A stretch of 64,000 bases of DNA, taken from assembly GCA_002499195.1 (NCBI GenBank), contig DAKS01000022.1, forward strand, positions 2,097 to 66,096. The letters are read 5' to 3'. The translations under genes and the position numbers were made by a program. Shown here piece after piece: positions 18,046-27,722 of this stretch; position 1 is the first letter of the stretch; the number at the start of each line of letters is the position of its first letter. The notes beneath the pieces were generated by a model, which worked only from the letters and a program-made list of their open reading frames with translations, had not been told where the DNA came from and made no database searches. The stretch comes from Euryarchaeota archaeon UBA443. GTDB taxonomy: Archaea; Thermoplasmatota; Poseidoniia; Poseidoniales; Poseidoniaceae.

Positions 18046-20637
18046 ATGAACCAGCAACGCTCCGCAGTAGTCCTCTGCAGTTTGTTGCTTGCTTCTTTGT
18101 TTGCTACACTTCCAGCAGTGGCTGCTGGTCCACCCGCTCAAATTGTGATCTCAACGCCTTCTACCGTGATTTCTTCAGATGGCGTATTACAAATGGAAGC
18201 AACATTGTATGATGCTCTAAACAACGTCGTTGATGGCGAAATCACATGGTCTACAAGCAATGGAACAATCGAACAAAGCGGATTGTTCTTCCCGTGGTCG
18301 GCAGGTCAAGTTACCATCCGTGCTGATCATGGTGGATTCAACGATACCGTTATCGTAACTGTTGTTGCCGGTTTTGGTCAATCTATCGAGATTAATACGA
18401 GTGCACAACCACGAGCGAAATTCCCGTTTACACTGCAAGCAAATCTCATTGATTCGCATGATAATCCCCGTTCAGGACAAGATGTCGTTTGGACAGTGGA
18501 TGGAATGTACATTGGGCAAGGAGAACCGTCTTGGACTCCTCCATCGCTTGGATTGTACGAAGTCGTTGCACGATACGATCAATTGGAAGAACAGATAACT
18601 ATGGAAGCTATTGCAGGTGATCCATACGAATTTGTTTTCGCTGATGATTTGATTGTACGAAGTGGAGATGGATTGCAACTCTATCCAGATCTTGTCGACA
18701 CATTTGGTCAAAAGATGAACAATACACTCGCAGGAAACAAGTTTTGGGATGTTGAGAATGGTACGATTACACCAGTAGGTTTCTACTATGCTTCTGCTCC
18801 GGGAATCTGGAACCTTTCCGTACGAGCTGGAGCTGTTTGGGGGAATAGTACCATCCGTGTAATTCCTGCTGATGCATCGATCGTAGAAATCCAAATTACT
18901 CCACAAGAGGATGTGTACGTCTCAGGAGAAACCTACCTGCTCGAGGCTATTCGTACAGATTCACAAGGCTACTCATCGCCCGTTCCAATTCCTATCGGAA
19001 ATTGGTCGATCGACAATGGGATACTCTCACAAGTAGATAACGAAGTCCATTGGACTCCTGGACAAACCGGTCAATTTAGTATGCATGTTGTTGATTCGGA
19101 TGTACCTGCTTCTGCGAATGTTGAGGTAATGCATGGTTCTGCTGATACGACAAGGCTGGCTTCCAGTCAATCCAGTGTTTCGGCCGGTACACAATTTGCA
19201 TTGGTTCATGAAGCGATAGATTCGTTTGGAAATGTTTGGCAGACAGAGGCGAATATCACTCAAACCAATGGCGTATTTGCGAGCGTTGATATCTTCAATT
19301 CATATGTTTCTGTGATGCCTAAACAAGTTGAATCAATTGGGTTTACTGCCAACTACTTCAATGCTTCAACAGGTGTTCTTCATCAGTCGCAATGGTCGAG
19401 TGAAATCTTACCGGGTCGTCTCGCTTTCATTGAATTACCAGAATCCGGTACAGAGGTTGCAGCAGATTCCTATCTCGACTTCGATCCACAATTCAAGGAT
19501 GCATATGGAAACACAATCCCTCATGTGGCTGTTAATTGGACTATCTCTGGCCAGGACCGAACACTAGAGATTAGAATGGCTGATGGAAAATGGTATCCAA
19601 CCGAAACCGGTGAGCATGAAATACGTGCCAATGCTGACGGTGTGTTTGCAGCAGTTAGGATTAACGTTGTTCCAGGGGCTGGAACATCCTTGCTTACTGA
19701 TAGTGATACAGGATTGACCATTGAAGCAGGTGTTTCTTCCGATCTCTTCGTTGAACTGGTCGATGTTCATGGAAATACTGCTCCTGCTGAAAGTGTGGAA
19801 TTGGTGTCGGGTGATTTCGTACTCTTCGAAGCATCTTCCAGTGGCCGCGGTTTTTGGCAACTCACAGGAGTTACGAGTGGAGTGTATGAACTTGAACTTG
19901 CTCAAGGCGATGCTGAACACACTATTCCATTGACAATCACTCCAGGTCAACCCGTACGAGTGATTACTGGTATGGCGAACGAGACACGCAGTCAAGGCGA
20001 AGTAACTCTCATCACTGTATGGGCTGAAGATTCGCAAGGTAATAGAGTTGAAGTCAATCCTGACCAAACAAGTCTATCCTGTACATCCGGAAAAGCAACA
20101 CACATCAAGTCGGATACTTGGGAGGTTGAACTTGAAGAAGCAGGATCAGACCGTTCATGTACCGTTACATGGAATGGTTTGATTTCGCAACAATTCTATG
20201 ATGTTGATTCTGTTTTACTCAGTGGCGCTCTTGGATCAACCAACACAGCAGTTTCGATAATCATCGGACTCTTGTTGATGATTTTCGTTGTATTGATTGT
20301 TCTTATCCGCCGCGGCAACGCAAAGGATGAGGATTGGGATGAGGATGAATTCTACGAAGTTTCAGAGGATGAAGAGGAGCGACTCATCGACGATTCCGAA
20401 GATGTGGTGGATGAAGTCTTAACAACACCTTCAGAAACACCACAGAATGAAACATATTCTGAACCAGATCTTAGTTCTGATATGCGTCAACAACTGGCAA
20501 CCAAGGCTGGGCAAGTTGGCGTTATGCAAGCAGCTCCTGGTACAAATCAAGGTGAAACAGGATGGTACGTTGATGCAAGTACAGAGTTGCAGTACTGGAA
20601 TGTTGGTGACGATGGTTCCTGGACTCGAGTTCAGTGA
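18046..20637 (+). CDS. surface protein of tandem Ig-like (Big_2-type) domains with C-terminal TM anchor and acidic, Trp-rich cytoplasmic tail
   Basis: ORF 18025..20637. The ATG at 18046 follows AGGTGA (18036..18041) and the TAG of the upstream gene. Signal AVVLCSLLLASLFATLPAVAA. Repeats such as ISTPSTVISSDGVLQMEATLYD...ITWSTSNGTIEQSGLF. TM AVSIIIGLLLMIFVVLIVLI. Confidence 0.8.
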   Translation: MNQQRSAVVLCSLLLASLFATLPAVAAGPPAQIVISTPSTVISSDGVLQMEATLYDALNNVVDGEITWSTSNGTIEQSGLFFPWSAGQVTIRADHGGFNDTVIVTVVAGFGQSIEINTSAQPRAKFPFTLQANLIDSHDNPRSGQDVVWTVDGMYIGQGEPSWTPPSLGLYEVVARYDQLEEQITMEAIAGDPYEFVFADDLIVRSGDGLQLYPDLVDTFGQKMNNTLAGNKFWDVENGTITPVGFYYASAPGIWNLSVRAGAVWGNSTIRVIPADASIVEIQITPQEDVYVSGETYLLEAIRTDSQGYSSPVPIPIGNWSIDNGILSQVDNEVHWTPGQTGQFSMHVVDSDVPASANVEVMHGSADTTRLASSQSSVSAGTQFALVHEAIDSFGNVWQTEANITQTNGVFASVDIFNSYVSVMPKQVESIGFTANYFNASTGVLHQSQWSSEILPGRLAFIELPESGTEVAADSYLDFDPQFKDAYGNTIPHVAVNWTISGQDRTLEIRMADGKWYPTETGEHEIRANADGVFAAVRINVVPGAGTSLLTDSDTGLTIEAGVSSDLFVELVDVHGNTAPAESVELVSGDFVLFEASSSGRGFWQLTGVTSGVYELELAQGDAEHTIPLTITPGQPVRVITGMANETRSQGEVTLITVWAEDSQGNRVEVNPDQTSLSCTSGKATHIKSDTWEVELEEAGSDRSCTVTWNGLISQQFYDVDSVLLSGALGSTNTAVSIIIGLLLMIFVVLIVLIRRGNAKDEDWDEDEFYEVSEDEEERLIDDSEDVVDEVLTTPSETPQNETYSEPDLSSDMRQQLATKAGQVGVMQAAPGTNQGETGWYVDASTELQYWNVGDDGSWTRVQ

Positions 20638-22628
20638 TGGTCAGTGATGCAATGGGCGTTGAAGAACATCGTAATTGGAACGATGTTGATTATTCTGGAT
20701 TATTGAATGGTCAAGCATTCCCTCCAGATTTTATGTGGGGGGTGGCAACCGCTTCACATCAAATTGAAGGAGGCAATACCAATAATTGGACTCGCTTTGA
20801 ACCAAATTCAAAGAGTGGTCAGTTAAGCGGAGATGCTTGCGATCATTGGAATCGAAAAGAACAGGATATTGAACTAATAACAAATCTTAACGTAACTCAT
20901 TACAGATTTTCCTTAGAATGGAGCCGCATTGAACCTGAAATGGGGATATGGGATGAAGACGCAATCGCTTGGTACAGTGATCTAGTCGATCGCTTACTTG
21001 AGCGAGGAATTCAACCTATGGTGACGCTTCATCATTTTACAAATCCACTCTGGTGGGAAGATTTAGGTGCTTTCGAAAAAGAATCTAACATCATTTACTG
21101 GATTCGTTTTAGTTCGAAGATGTTTGAAGTATTGAGCGATCGTGTTGAGTGGTGGTGTACAATCAATGAACCTGCAGTTTATGCTTCGATGGGTTATGTG
21201 CTTGGAGAATTTCCACCAGGGCAGCGTTCATTCAAGAAAACACGACAGGTTTCACTCAACCTGATGCGTGCTCATGCTCGTTGTTATCACACGCTTAAGT
21301 CAATGGAACATGGTTCAAGTGCGAAGATTGGACTTGTTAAGAACATCAATATTTTCGATCCGTATAGACGCTGGAATCCATTGCACCGGTTTCAAGCAAA
21401 CCTTCTCGATGGAATGTTCAACCGTTGCTGGATTAAAGGACTGAAGACAGGTCGCTTCAAACCTCCTTCAGCATTCCGTAGTGTTTCGATTGAAGGGCTC
21501 CAAGGCAGCAGTGATTTTATCGGTTTGAATTATTACACGCATCTCCTTACCACGCCGTTTATGCCAACAAAGGTTGAGATCGATCCACTCATTCGTCCTT
21601 GGGAAGAGAGAACAGATTTCCGTTATCCGATGTATGCGGAGGGTTTGGAGCGAGCATTCGAAATGGTCGCTTCGCTCAATATACCCATTATCGTTACAGA
21701 GAACGGTGTGGCGGATGATGATGATGATATGCGCCCAGAACATATTCGTAGGCATTTGCAAATTACTTCAGAGGCTATTGCAAACGGATATGATATTCTA
21801 GGATTCTATCATTGGAGTTTAATGGATAATTTCGAATGGGCTGAAGGATATGAACAATGTTTTGGCTTATATCATGTTGATTTGGAAACGAAAAAACGAA
21901 CTCTTCGAGATAGTGGTGCATTGTATGCTTCCATTGCCAAATCACATCGTATGCCTCAAGTGGTTATTCTTGCAGGTGGCCTTGGGAGCCGACTTGGTAA
22001 GAAAACACAACATCTACCAAAGTCATTAATCGAAGTTGGAGGAAAACCAATCTTGTCTCATATTCTCGATTGGGTCAAAGGTCAAGGTTGTAACCGCGTA
22101 CTTGTTTTGACAGGACATCATGGTGAACAGTTCGATGGATTCATTCATCCTGGCATCGAACTAACCTTCGTCAAGGAACCTAAGCAAATGGGAACAGGAG
22201 GCGCTTTGTGGAATGCAAGAGAATCTCTTGAGGACGAATTCATTCTCCTTTGGGGGGACGACTACCATCCGATTGACTATAGCCCATTGGTCAATTATCA
22301 TCGAAGAGAATCATCTCGTTTGACAATGACGGTAACAACCGAACATGAAATGATGAATCTCCATCATGAGAACGGTCGTTTGGTTCAATATTCAAAAGAA
22401 GAGCAAACACCTGAAGAATTCAATGGATATGAGGCTGGAACGTCCGTTGTAAGCAAATCTGTTGTTTTAGAGTTTGGAAAGGATGGCCCTTGGTCTTGGG
22501 AAAACACAGTCTATTCCGCACTTTCAAAAGGTATCCATGTCCATCTGGACTCAACAAAGTTCTGGGATATGGGTACGCCTGAACGCCTAGAGAAGTTAGA
22601 TCAATTCTTCAACGAATCCAGGTCGTGA
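20634..22628 (+). CDS. fusion protein: GH1 beta-glycosidase (aa 1 to about 439) + sugar-1-phosphate nucleotidyltransferase (aa about 440 to 664)
   Basis: GH1 motifs: FMWGVATASHQIEGG, acid/base TINEPAVYA, nucleophile IIVTENGVA. The NTP-transferase N-terminus MPQVVILAGGLGSRLGKKTQHLPKSLIEVGGKPIL begins at nt 21951 in the same frame with no stop codon. Confidence 0.8.
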   Translation: MMVSDAMGVEEHRNWNDVDYSGLLNGQAFPPDFMWGVATASHQIEGGNTNNWTRFEPNSKSGQLSGDACDHWNRKEQDIELITNLNVTHYRFSLEWSRIEPEMGIWDEDAIAWYSDLVDRLLERGIQPMVTLHHFTNPLWWEDLGAFEKESNIIYWIRFSSKMFEVLSDRVEWWCTINEPAVYASMGYVLGEFPPGQRSFKKTRQVSLNLMRAHARCYHTLKSMEHGSSAKIGLVKNINIFDPYRRWNPLHRFQANLLDGMFNRCWIKGLKTGRFKPPSAFRSVSIEGLQGSSDFIGLNYYTHLLTTPFMPTKVEIDPLIRPWEERTDFRYPMYAEGLERAFEMVASLNIPIIVTENGVADDDDDMRPEHIRRHLQITSEAIANGYDILGFYHWSLMDNFEWAEGYEQCFGLYHVDLETKKRTLRDSGALYASIAKSHRMPQVVILAGGLGSRLGKKTQHLPKSLIEVGGKPILSHILDWVKGQGCNRVLVLTGHHGEQFDGFIHPGIELTFVKEPKQMGTGGALWNARESLEDEFILLWGDDYHPIDYSPLVNYHRRESSRLTMTVTTEHEMMNLHHENGRLVQYSKEEQTPEEFNGYEAGTSVVSKSVVLEFGKDGPWSWENTVYSALSKGIHVHLDSTKFWDMGTPERLEKLDQFFNESRS

Positions 22629-23429
22629 TGGGATAACAATTGGATGTTCGAAAAGAACGTCTTCATCCTCAACAAGTACTAGGATCATGCCACCAAAACC
22701 TCCTCCCATCATCCGTGCACCTAACACGCCATCCATATTCTGAAGTGATTGAACGAGCGAATCAATTTCTGCTGTGCTAACTCCAATCATCATCAATGAT
22801 TCGTGTGTTGCGTTCAGTAATTTACCCAATTGTTCTTTTGTAGAATTGATAGCACAATGAACCCTTTCGTTCTCATTTTGGACGTGGAGTTGTTTGGTTT
22901 CCTCACTCGCAGTTTGCCGATAATCGTGGGAATTGAGAGTTCTGTGAATCTCTGAATCAATAATCTTGAACTTCCATGTGGGTGGAAATGGAATAGTCTT
23001 TGTTTCAAGGGATGAAAAGTCAATCATTGTACAATGATGTTCCATCGAATACATCATCGTCATTTGATCGAGGAGGCCACACTGTGTTCCAAGGACAATA
23101 TGTTCGAGTCGTTGTGCTTCTTCGCATGCATCTTGCTTGTTTATTGAATCACCATGGATGCATAGGACGATACTCAGGCATAGTGCTGCAGAAGAGGACA
23201 TTCCCTTACCAATGGGTATCGTACTGTTAACCTCCAATCTTGCTGGTGGCCCGTCTGCTTCTTTCCATAATTCTACGACAGTTTGGTCTCCATATATTCC
23301 AGAATCAATGAACTCCGCTTCAAGGATAAGTCTGTGCTGTGATGCAAAGGCTAAGGAAACCCCTCCAGCATAATCGGTGTGTTCTCCTATGATGTTGATT
23401 CGACCAGGTATTGAGGCGCGACGAATCAT
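22596..23429 (-). CDS. compact GHMP anomeric sugar kinase of the galactokinase family
   Basis: GalK signature GRINIIGEHTDYAGG, GHMP motif PIGKGMSSSAA, motif III GARMMGGGFGGMILVLV. The ATG at 23429 overlaps the upstream stop as ATGA. About 277 aa, shorter than typical GalK. Confidence 0.75.
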   Translation of the reverse strand: MIRRASIPGRINIIGEHTDYAGGVSLAFASQHRLILEAEFIDSGIYGDQTVVELWKEADGPPARLEVNSTIPIGKGMSSSAALCLSIVLCIHGDSINKQDACEEAQRLEHIVLGTQCGLLDQMTMMYSMEHHCTMIDFSSLETKTIPFPPTWKFKIIDSEIHRTLNSHDYRQTASEETKQLHVQNENERVHCAINSTKEQLGKLLNATHESLMMIGVSTAEIDSLVQSLQNMDGVLGARMMGGGFGGMILVLVEDEDVLFEHPIVIPSRPGFVEELI

Positions 23430-24397
23430 TCTTGCACATCCTCGCGAATGTCGAGATCGAACCAAACGGGGAAGTGGTCGGACACATCTGAGCCGCTCAT
23501 GTTTCGATCGACTCCCCATCGTTCAAAGAAGCGACCATCAACATCGCTTGTTAGGACAATTCGGTCATATGCACAATGTGTATTTTCAGAATATGTCGTA
23601 TCAGCAGAATCAGGAACAACCCAGATATATTCAGGATTACGAATTTCAAGCTGATTCAAATCATAGCTTGATGCATAACTACAATCAGCATTGAAATCAC
23701 CAAGTACAATGATGTCCGAATCACTTGAATTGGTTTTGTAGGTTTCAACAACATTGTGTAGTGAAGCGGTTTCATTCACTGCTTGTGCCGGTTTTGTATG
23801 CACTGTAATGAGTGTTATATCCTCGATAATGGTGCCATTCTTTGATAACATTTTGAACGTTGAAATGAACGGTTCACGTTGGAATTCATCAAGTTCTGAA
23901 TCGTTATGTAACCAAGAAGATTCAGCGACAAAACGGGATGTTCGATAGTAGAATGCATATTGTTCTTGGCCACTTTGGTCATCTTCTTGTTGTCCAGATC
24001 GTTCACTAAGAACAAGTCCATAGGTTTCATTTGATTCAGCGTTGATCGCATCCAAGAAATCGTAAGGAACCGTTTGGTCCAAATCTTTGATTTCCTGAAT
24101 GACAACCATATCGTATCGTAATGTGATATCCACAAGTTCGGATATAACATCGGCCTTGCCCATCTTTGTCTCGCCAAAGATCTTGATATTGAAGGTTGCA
24201 ATTCGTGCAACATCTTCTCGACTTAGAGATTCAGAACGTGCATCAACATCATCTTCTTCATCGGATTCCACTTCAACATAAACCGTCTTCCATAGTGGAC
24301 TCTCATCTTGATGGACCAAGAGTTGGATGGTCATCGGAAAGAGGATTAACAAAGCAACAAGCATAACGCCTTGCAAAACGCTATCATGCCGTGCCAT
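23426..24397 (-). CDS. secreted or membrane-anchored DNase I-like nuclease (endonuclease/exonuclease/phosphatase fold)
   Basis: N-terminal anchor VMLVALLILFPMTIQLLV. EEP/DNase I-like blocks: RIATFNIKIFG, VVIQEIKD, VLGDFNADCSY, YDRIV, SDHFPVW. Confidence 0.75.
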   Translation of the reverse strand: MARHDSVLQGVMLVALLILFPMTIQLLVHQDESPLWKTVYVEVESDEEDDVDARSESLSREDVARIATFNIKIFGETKMGKADVISELVDITLRYDMVVIQEIKDLDQTVPYDFLDAINAESNETYGLVLSERSGQQEDDQSGQEQYAFYYRTSRFVAESSWLHNDSELDEFQREPFISTFKMLSKNGTIIEDITLITVHTKPAQAVNETASLHNVVETYKTNSSDSDIIVLGDFNADCSYASSYDLNQLEIRNPEYIWVVPDSADTTYSENTHCAYDRIVLTSDVDGRFFERWGVDRNMSGSDVSDHFPVWFDLDIREDVQE

Positions 24398-24485
24398 GGC
24401 TTTGGATGGACTTCACTGTTATGAATCATCAAGGTTCATTCTATGCCAACCATAGGTTCTTGACGCGAATCCATTTGGTTACGAC

Positions 24486-25316
24486 ATGGCTGAAGAGGTC
24501 TCTCCTGAAAAGGCGAAGGAAATCGTCGAGATGCTTACTGGAGGTGGCTCGATAGAATCGATCAACACATCATTAGCGTTAGGTATCTTACCACTGGTCG
24601 AATCCATTGGTGATGAAGAACTTCTCTCTCGTTTGGTTGAACATGCACAGAAGGTTGCAGAGGATGACATCGAGAAGGGTTGGGCTCGATTTGAATATCT
24701 CAAACGCAATGCAGGCTCCATCGAAGATATTGCAGAACTTGCCTTCCATGCCGAATCTCTCGAAAAGGGAGAGCCACTTGCAGCAGCAGTATTGCATCAC
24801 CATGCACTCATGCTTCTTTCAATCGATGATACTGACTCCGCACAAACATCGGTTCGTCGTTCGTTGACCTTAAGAGAATCACTTGAAGATAAAGAAGGTA
24901 TCATCTACGGGCTTGCTGTACTCTCACGTTGCGCCCGTATGAACCAAGATTGGGATTCTGCAATCGTTCATGATACACGGCGACTAGAATTGGCCATAGC
25001 CATGCAAAACGATATTCTTCACATGGAAGCTCTTGCTGATGTTGCCCATGCTCAGGCAAGTCTTGGTGAACTCGCAACAGCATCAGAGATGTACCAAGAG
25101 AGTCTTGATTTCGCAAAGCGTCTTGAGCATCCTGCTGGCCATTTGGTCGCCAGTTGGGGACTTGCAGATCTTGCAGAAATCGAAACACGTTATGACGATG
25201 CACTCCTTGCTCTATCGGATACAATGCATCTTTTCATGCAGTTAGGAATCCCCGCACCTGACCTGCTGAAAAAACGACTTCATGCCTTGACTTCTATTGG
25301 CGAAGAGGTCAAGTAA
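24486..25316 (+). CDS. hypothetical TPR-like helical repeat protein
   Basis: 276 aa with repeated A/L-rich helix pairs (ALADVAHAQASLGELATASEMYQESLDFAKRL, WGLADLAEIETRYDDALLAL). No signal peptide. Confidence 0.4.
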   Translation: MAEEVSPEKAKEIVEMLTGGGSIESINTSLALGILPLVESIGDEELLSRLVEHAQKVAEDDIEKGWARFEYLKRNAGSIEDIAELAFHAESLEKGEPLAAAVLHHHALMLLSIDDTDSAQTSVRRSLTLRESLEDKEGIIYGLAVLSRCARMNQDWDSAIVHDTRRLELAIAMQNDILHMEALADVAHAQASLGELATASEMYQESLDFAKRLEHPAGHLVASWGLADLAEIETRYDDALLALSDTMHLFMQLGIPAPDLLKKRLHALTSIGEEVK

Positions 25317-25368
25317 GGTACGAACGGGTTATGTTCTTTGACGTGTTGGGAAAAAAGAGGCGAAGTGC

Positions 25369-26598
25369 ATGGAACACGACATTTTCTTCTCCATCAGCCA
25401 GACGCCTGATGATAAAGGACATATTCCCGATGAGCAAACCATGCTGCAAAATTACTTCCAACAGTTGGAATGTGCCGATGAGTTAGGATTTGGAGTTGGA
25501 TGGATTGCACAGGCTCATCTTTCCACTGAAACACAGAAATCCAACAGCAAACCGGTCGTTCCTCACTGGCAAGGAGAGGTTGGCCTTTGTACCGATTTCC
25601 CTCAACTCGCGATGGAATCTTTTCGTAGAACAAAAAACATCGAAATCGGTAGTGCTGTAATCTCAATTCTCGCATCAGGAGGTCCAATAGCACAGGCTGA
25701 GAGAATAGCTAACACATTGCAACTTCTTGCTGTCAATAATGATTCACGACGCCTTCATGTCGGCTTTTCAGCGGGACGTTTTGAATTCATGGCCCGTCCG
25801 TATGGAATCGTTCCTCGAACACCTGTTGAAGAAGCAGCATGGCCTGCATTGCGAGGACAAATCTTTCTCGAAGCAAGTGAAATCTTCCTGCGCTTGTTAC
25901 GGGGCGATGTTGTTTCATCAGATTCAGTTCGTTCAACAACACTAACCCGTGAGAATTTTAGAAGCGATGAGGATTGGCAACGGGTACAAGAAGCGAATGG
26001 TTCCAATTCGGATGCGATTGCAATCGATCGTCGTTATGTGTTCGAAGACATTCGTATCGTTCCAAATACATTTGATCGAAACCAACTCGTTCTTGTTGCT
26101 GGTACACACGATCCAAAAGCACAAGTTTTCGTCAATTCCATCCTACCTGTTCGCGTGTTTAACCTATCGATTACACAACCCGAAATCATCGATGCTACAC
26201 ACGAACGAATGCGGGCTTGCTTCCATTCCGATGGAGGTTCTTGGAAACGTTCAGACATGCCTCGAACGAGTTTTGTTTTCTTGAACGATGAGCCAGGACT
26301 TTCATCTGAGGAACAACGCAAGGCTGCTCATGCTGAGGCTGAACAAGCGCTTGGAGCTTATTGGAATGCTCTTGAGGGTACCATCGATCCTAACAAAGTT
26401 CAGAATGCTGCTCGGAATGCTTTGATCGGTAATGTCGAAGATGTTTCCCAACAATTGGTCGAACGATTCCATCCCGAAGATCGAGTCATGGCCTGGTTTG
26501 ATTTCTTTAATCACGATAGTGAACGTGTCTGTAGAAACATGCGTTCCTACATGGAAAAAGTGGCTCCTCGAGTCGAAGAACTTCTCAAAGGTGATTGA
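25369..26598 (+). CDS. LLM-class (luciferase-like) flavin-dependent oxidoreductase
   Basis: N-terminal block FFSISQTP...ADELGFGVGWIAQAHL and overall length are typical of luciferase-like monooxygenases. The stop overlaps the next gene's start region. Confidence 0.5.
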   Translation: MEHDIFFSISQTPDDKGHIPDEQTMLQNYFQQLECADELGFGVGWIAQAHLSTETQKSNSKPVVPHWQGEVGLCTDFPQLAMESFRRTKNIEIGSAVISILASGGPIAQAERIANTLQLLAVNNDSRRLHVGFSAGRFEFMARPYGIVPRTPVEEAAWPALRGQIFLEASEIFLRLLRGDVVSSDSVRSTTLTRENFRSDEDWQRVQEANGSNSDAIAIDRRYVFEDIRIVPNTFDRNQLVLVAGTHDPKAQVFVNSILPVRVFNLSITQPEIIDATHERMRACFHSDGGSWKRSDMPRTSFVFLNDEPGLSSEEQRKAAHAEAEQALGAYWNALEGTIDPNKVQNAARNALIGNVEDVSQQLVERFHPEDRVMAWFDFFNHDSERVCRNMRSYMEKVAPRVEELLKGD

Positions 26599-26600
26599 AC

Positions 26601-27722
26601 ATGGCAATCAATCATCATAATCATTCAGCCGTTAAACCAGGAAGGCCTGGAAGTGAATTATTTCCAGACTCTCCACTCGGTGAACAGGTTGAGGGGATTC
26701 CGACTGGACGCGACGTTGCATGGGAGCCATTGGTCGATTATCGGCGCAATGGCGTTTCTGAGACGACCATTCATGGAGCCGTCGCTTGGGCGCATGGTGA
26801 TGAAGTGATTCACTCCTTTGGTGGAAATGTGCTTTGTTATGGTCGTTCGATGATGAAGCCATTCATGCTCAAAGCATTCGTTAAAGAATTGGCCGACCTT
26901 TCTTGGGAACAGAAAGCGATATCCGTTGCCAGTCACAATGGTGATACGGAGCACGTTGCAGCTGCCCAATCACTCTTATCGCAGTCTGAATGGCCATTGA
27001 TGTTGACGCCAATCGATGTACCATTGATTCAGTTTGGTCGACAAGTTCGTCGGCCTCGTCGTTGGTATCATACCTGTTCAGGTGAACATGCAGCAATTCT
27101 TCGCGGTTGTAGAGAGAAAGGTTGGAATCGTGCAGGATATACATTGCCAAGCCATCAGGTGTTTGAAGCATATATGTCGCAAATTCGCCGTTTTATTGGT
27201 GAGGACTGGACGCCACTGAGAATTGCTAAGGATGGATGTGGATTGCCAACCGTTTCTAACACAGTCGCTGAACTAGCACAAATTTATGCAGGACTTGTTC
27301 GCGATAAAAATGAAGATTGGATTTGGGAAGCGATGGTCCGTCATCCTGATCTTGTCGGTGGATTCAACCGTTTGGACTCAACAATTCTCAAAGCGGGTGA
27401 AGGTACGGTGATCGCCAAGGAAGGAGCCGATGGATTGCTTGGGTTGGCTATTGAACATCCTGATTATCCAAAGGGACTTGGTATCGTCATCAAAATCGCT
27501 CATGGTTGGAATGCACAAGCAACATGGTATGTTGCTCGAGCCGTTCTCGGTGTCTTGGGAGTTGATTTGAGGAACCCCTATCCGCTGCATCGACAAAAAG
27601 CATTCATCGTTCCAGGAATTGTTCCTGATCGCTATATCGACGTGCTTGAAACCATTCCAACATGGGACGAATGGGATCCTGACCAAGACCGTTGGATGTA
27701 CGATGCGGAGATGGATCCATGA
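26601..27722 (+). CDS. asparaginase II-family (PF06089-like) amidohydrolase
   Basis: Family-typical blocks: RSMMKPFM, SHNGDTEHVAAA, HTCSGEHAAIL, DGCGLPT, AKEGADGL. An alternative TTG start lies at 26595. Confidence 0.6.
   Translation: MAINHHNHSAVKPGRPGSELFPDSPLGEQVEGIPTGRDVAWEPLVDYRRNGVSETTIHGAVAWAHGDEVIHSFGGNVLCYGRSMMKPFMLKAFVKELADLSWEQKAISVASHNGDTEHVAAAQSLLSQSEWPLMLTPIDVPLIQFGRQVRRPRRWYHTCSGEHAAILRGCREKGWNRAGYTLPSHQVFEAYMSQIRRFIGEDWTPLRIAKDGCGLPTVSNTVAELAQIYAGLVRDKNEDWIWEAMVRHPDLVGGFNRLDSTILKAGEGTVIAKEGADGLLGLAIEHPDYPKGLGIVIKIAHGWNAQATWYVARAVLGVLGVDLRNPYPLHRQKAFIVPGIVPDRYIDVLETIPTWDEWDPDQDRWMYDAEMDP

Noticed and set aside
17715-18047. ORFs 17715..18041 (+) and 17733..18047 (-) rich in M/H/R/N
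   Set aside because: These are alternate-frame readings of the GAT/GAC poly-Asp and GGTCC Pro/Gly-rich tract that encodes the giant protein's tail. They are artefacts of the repeats.
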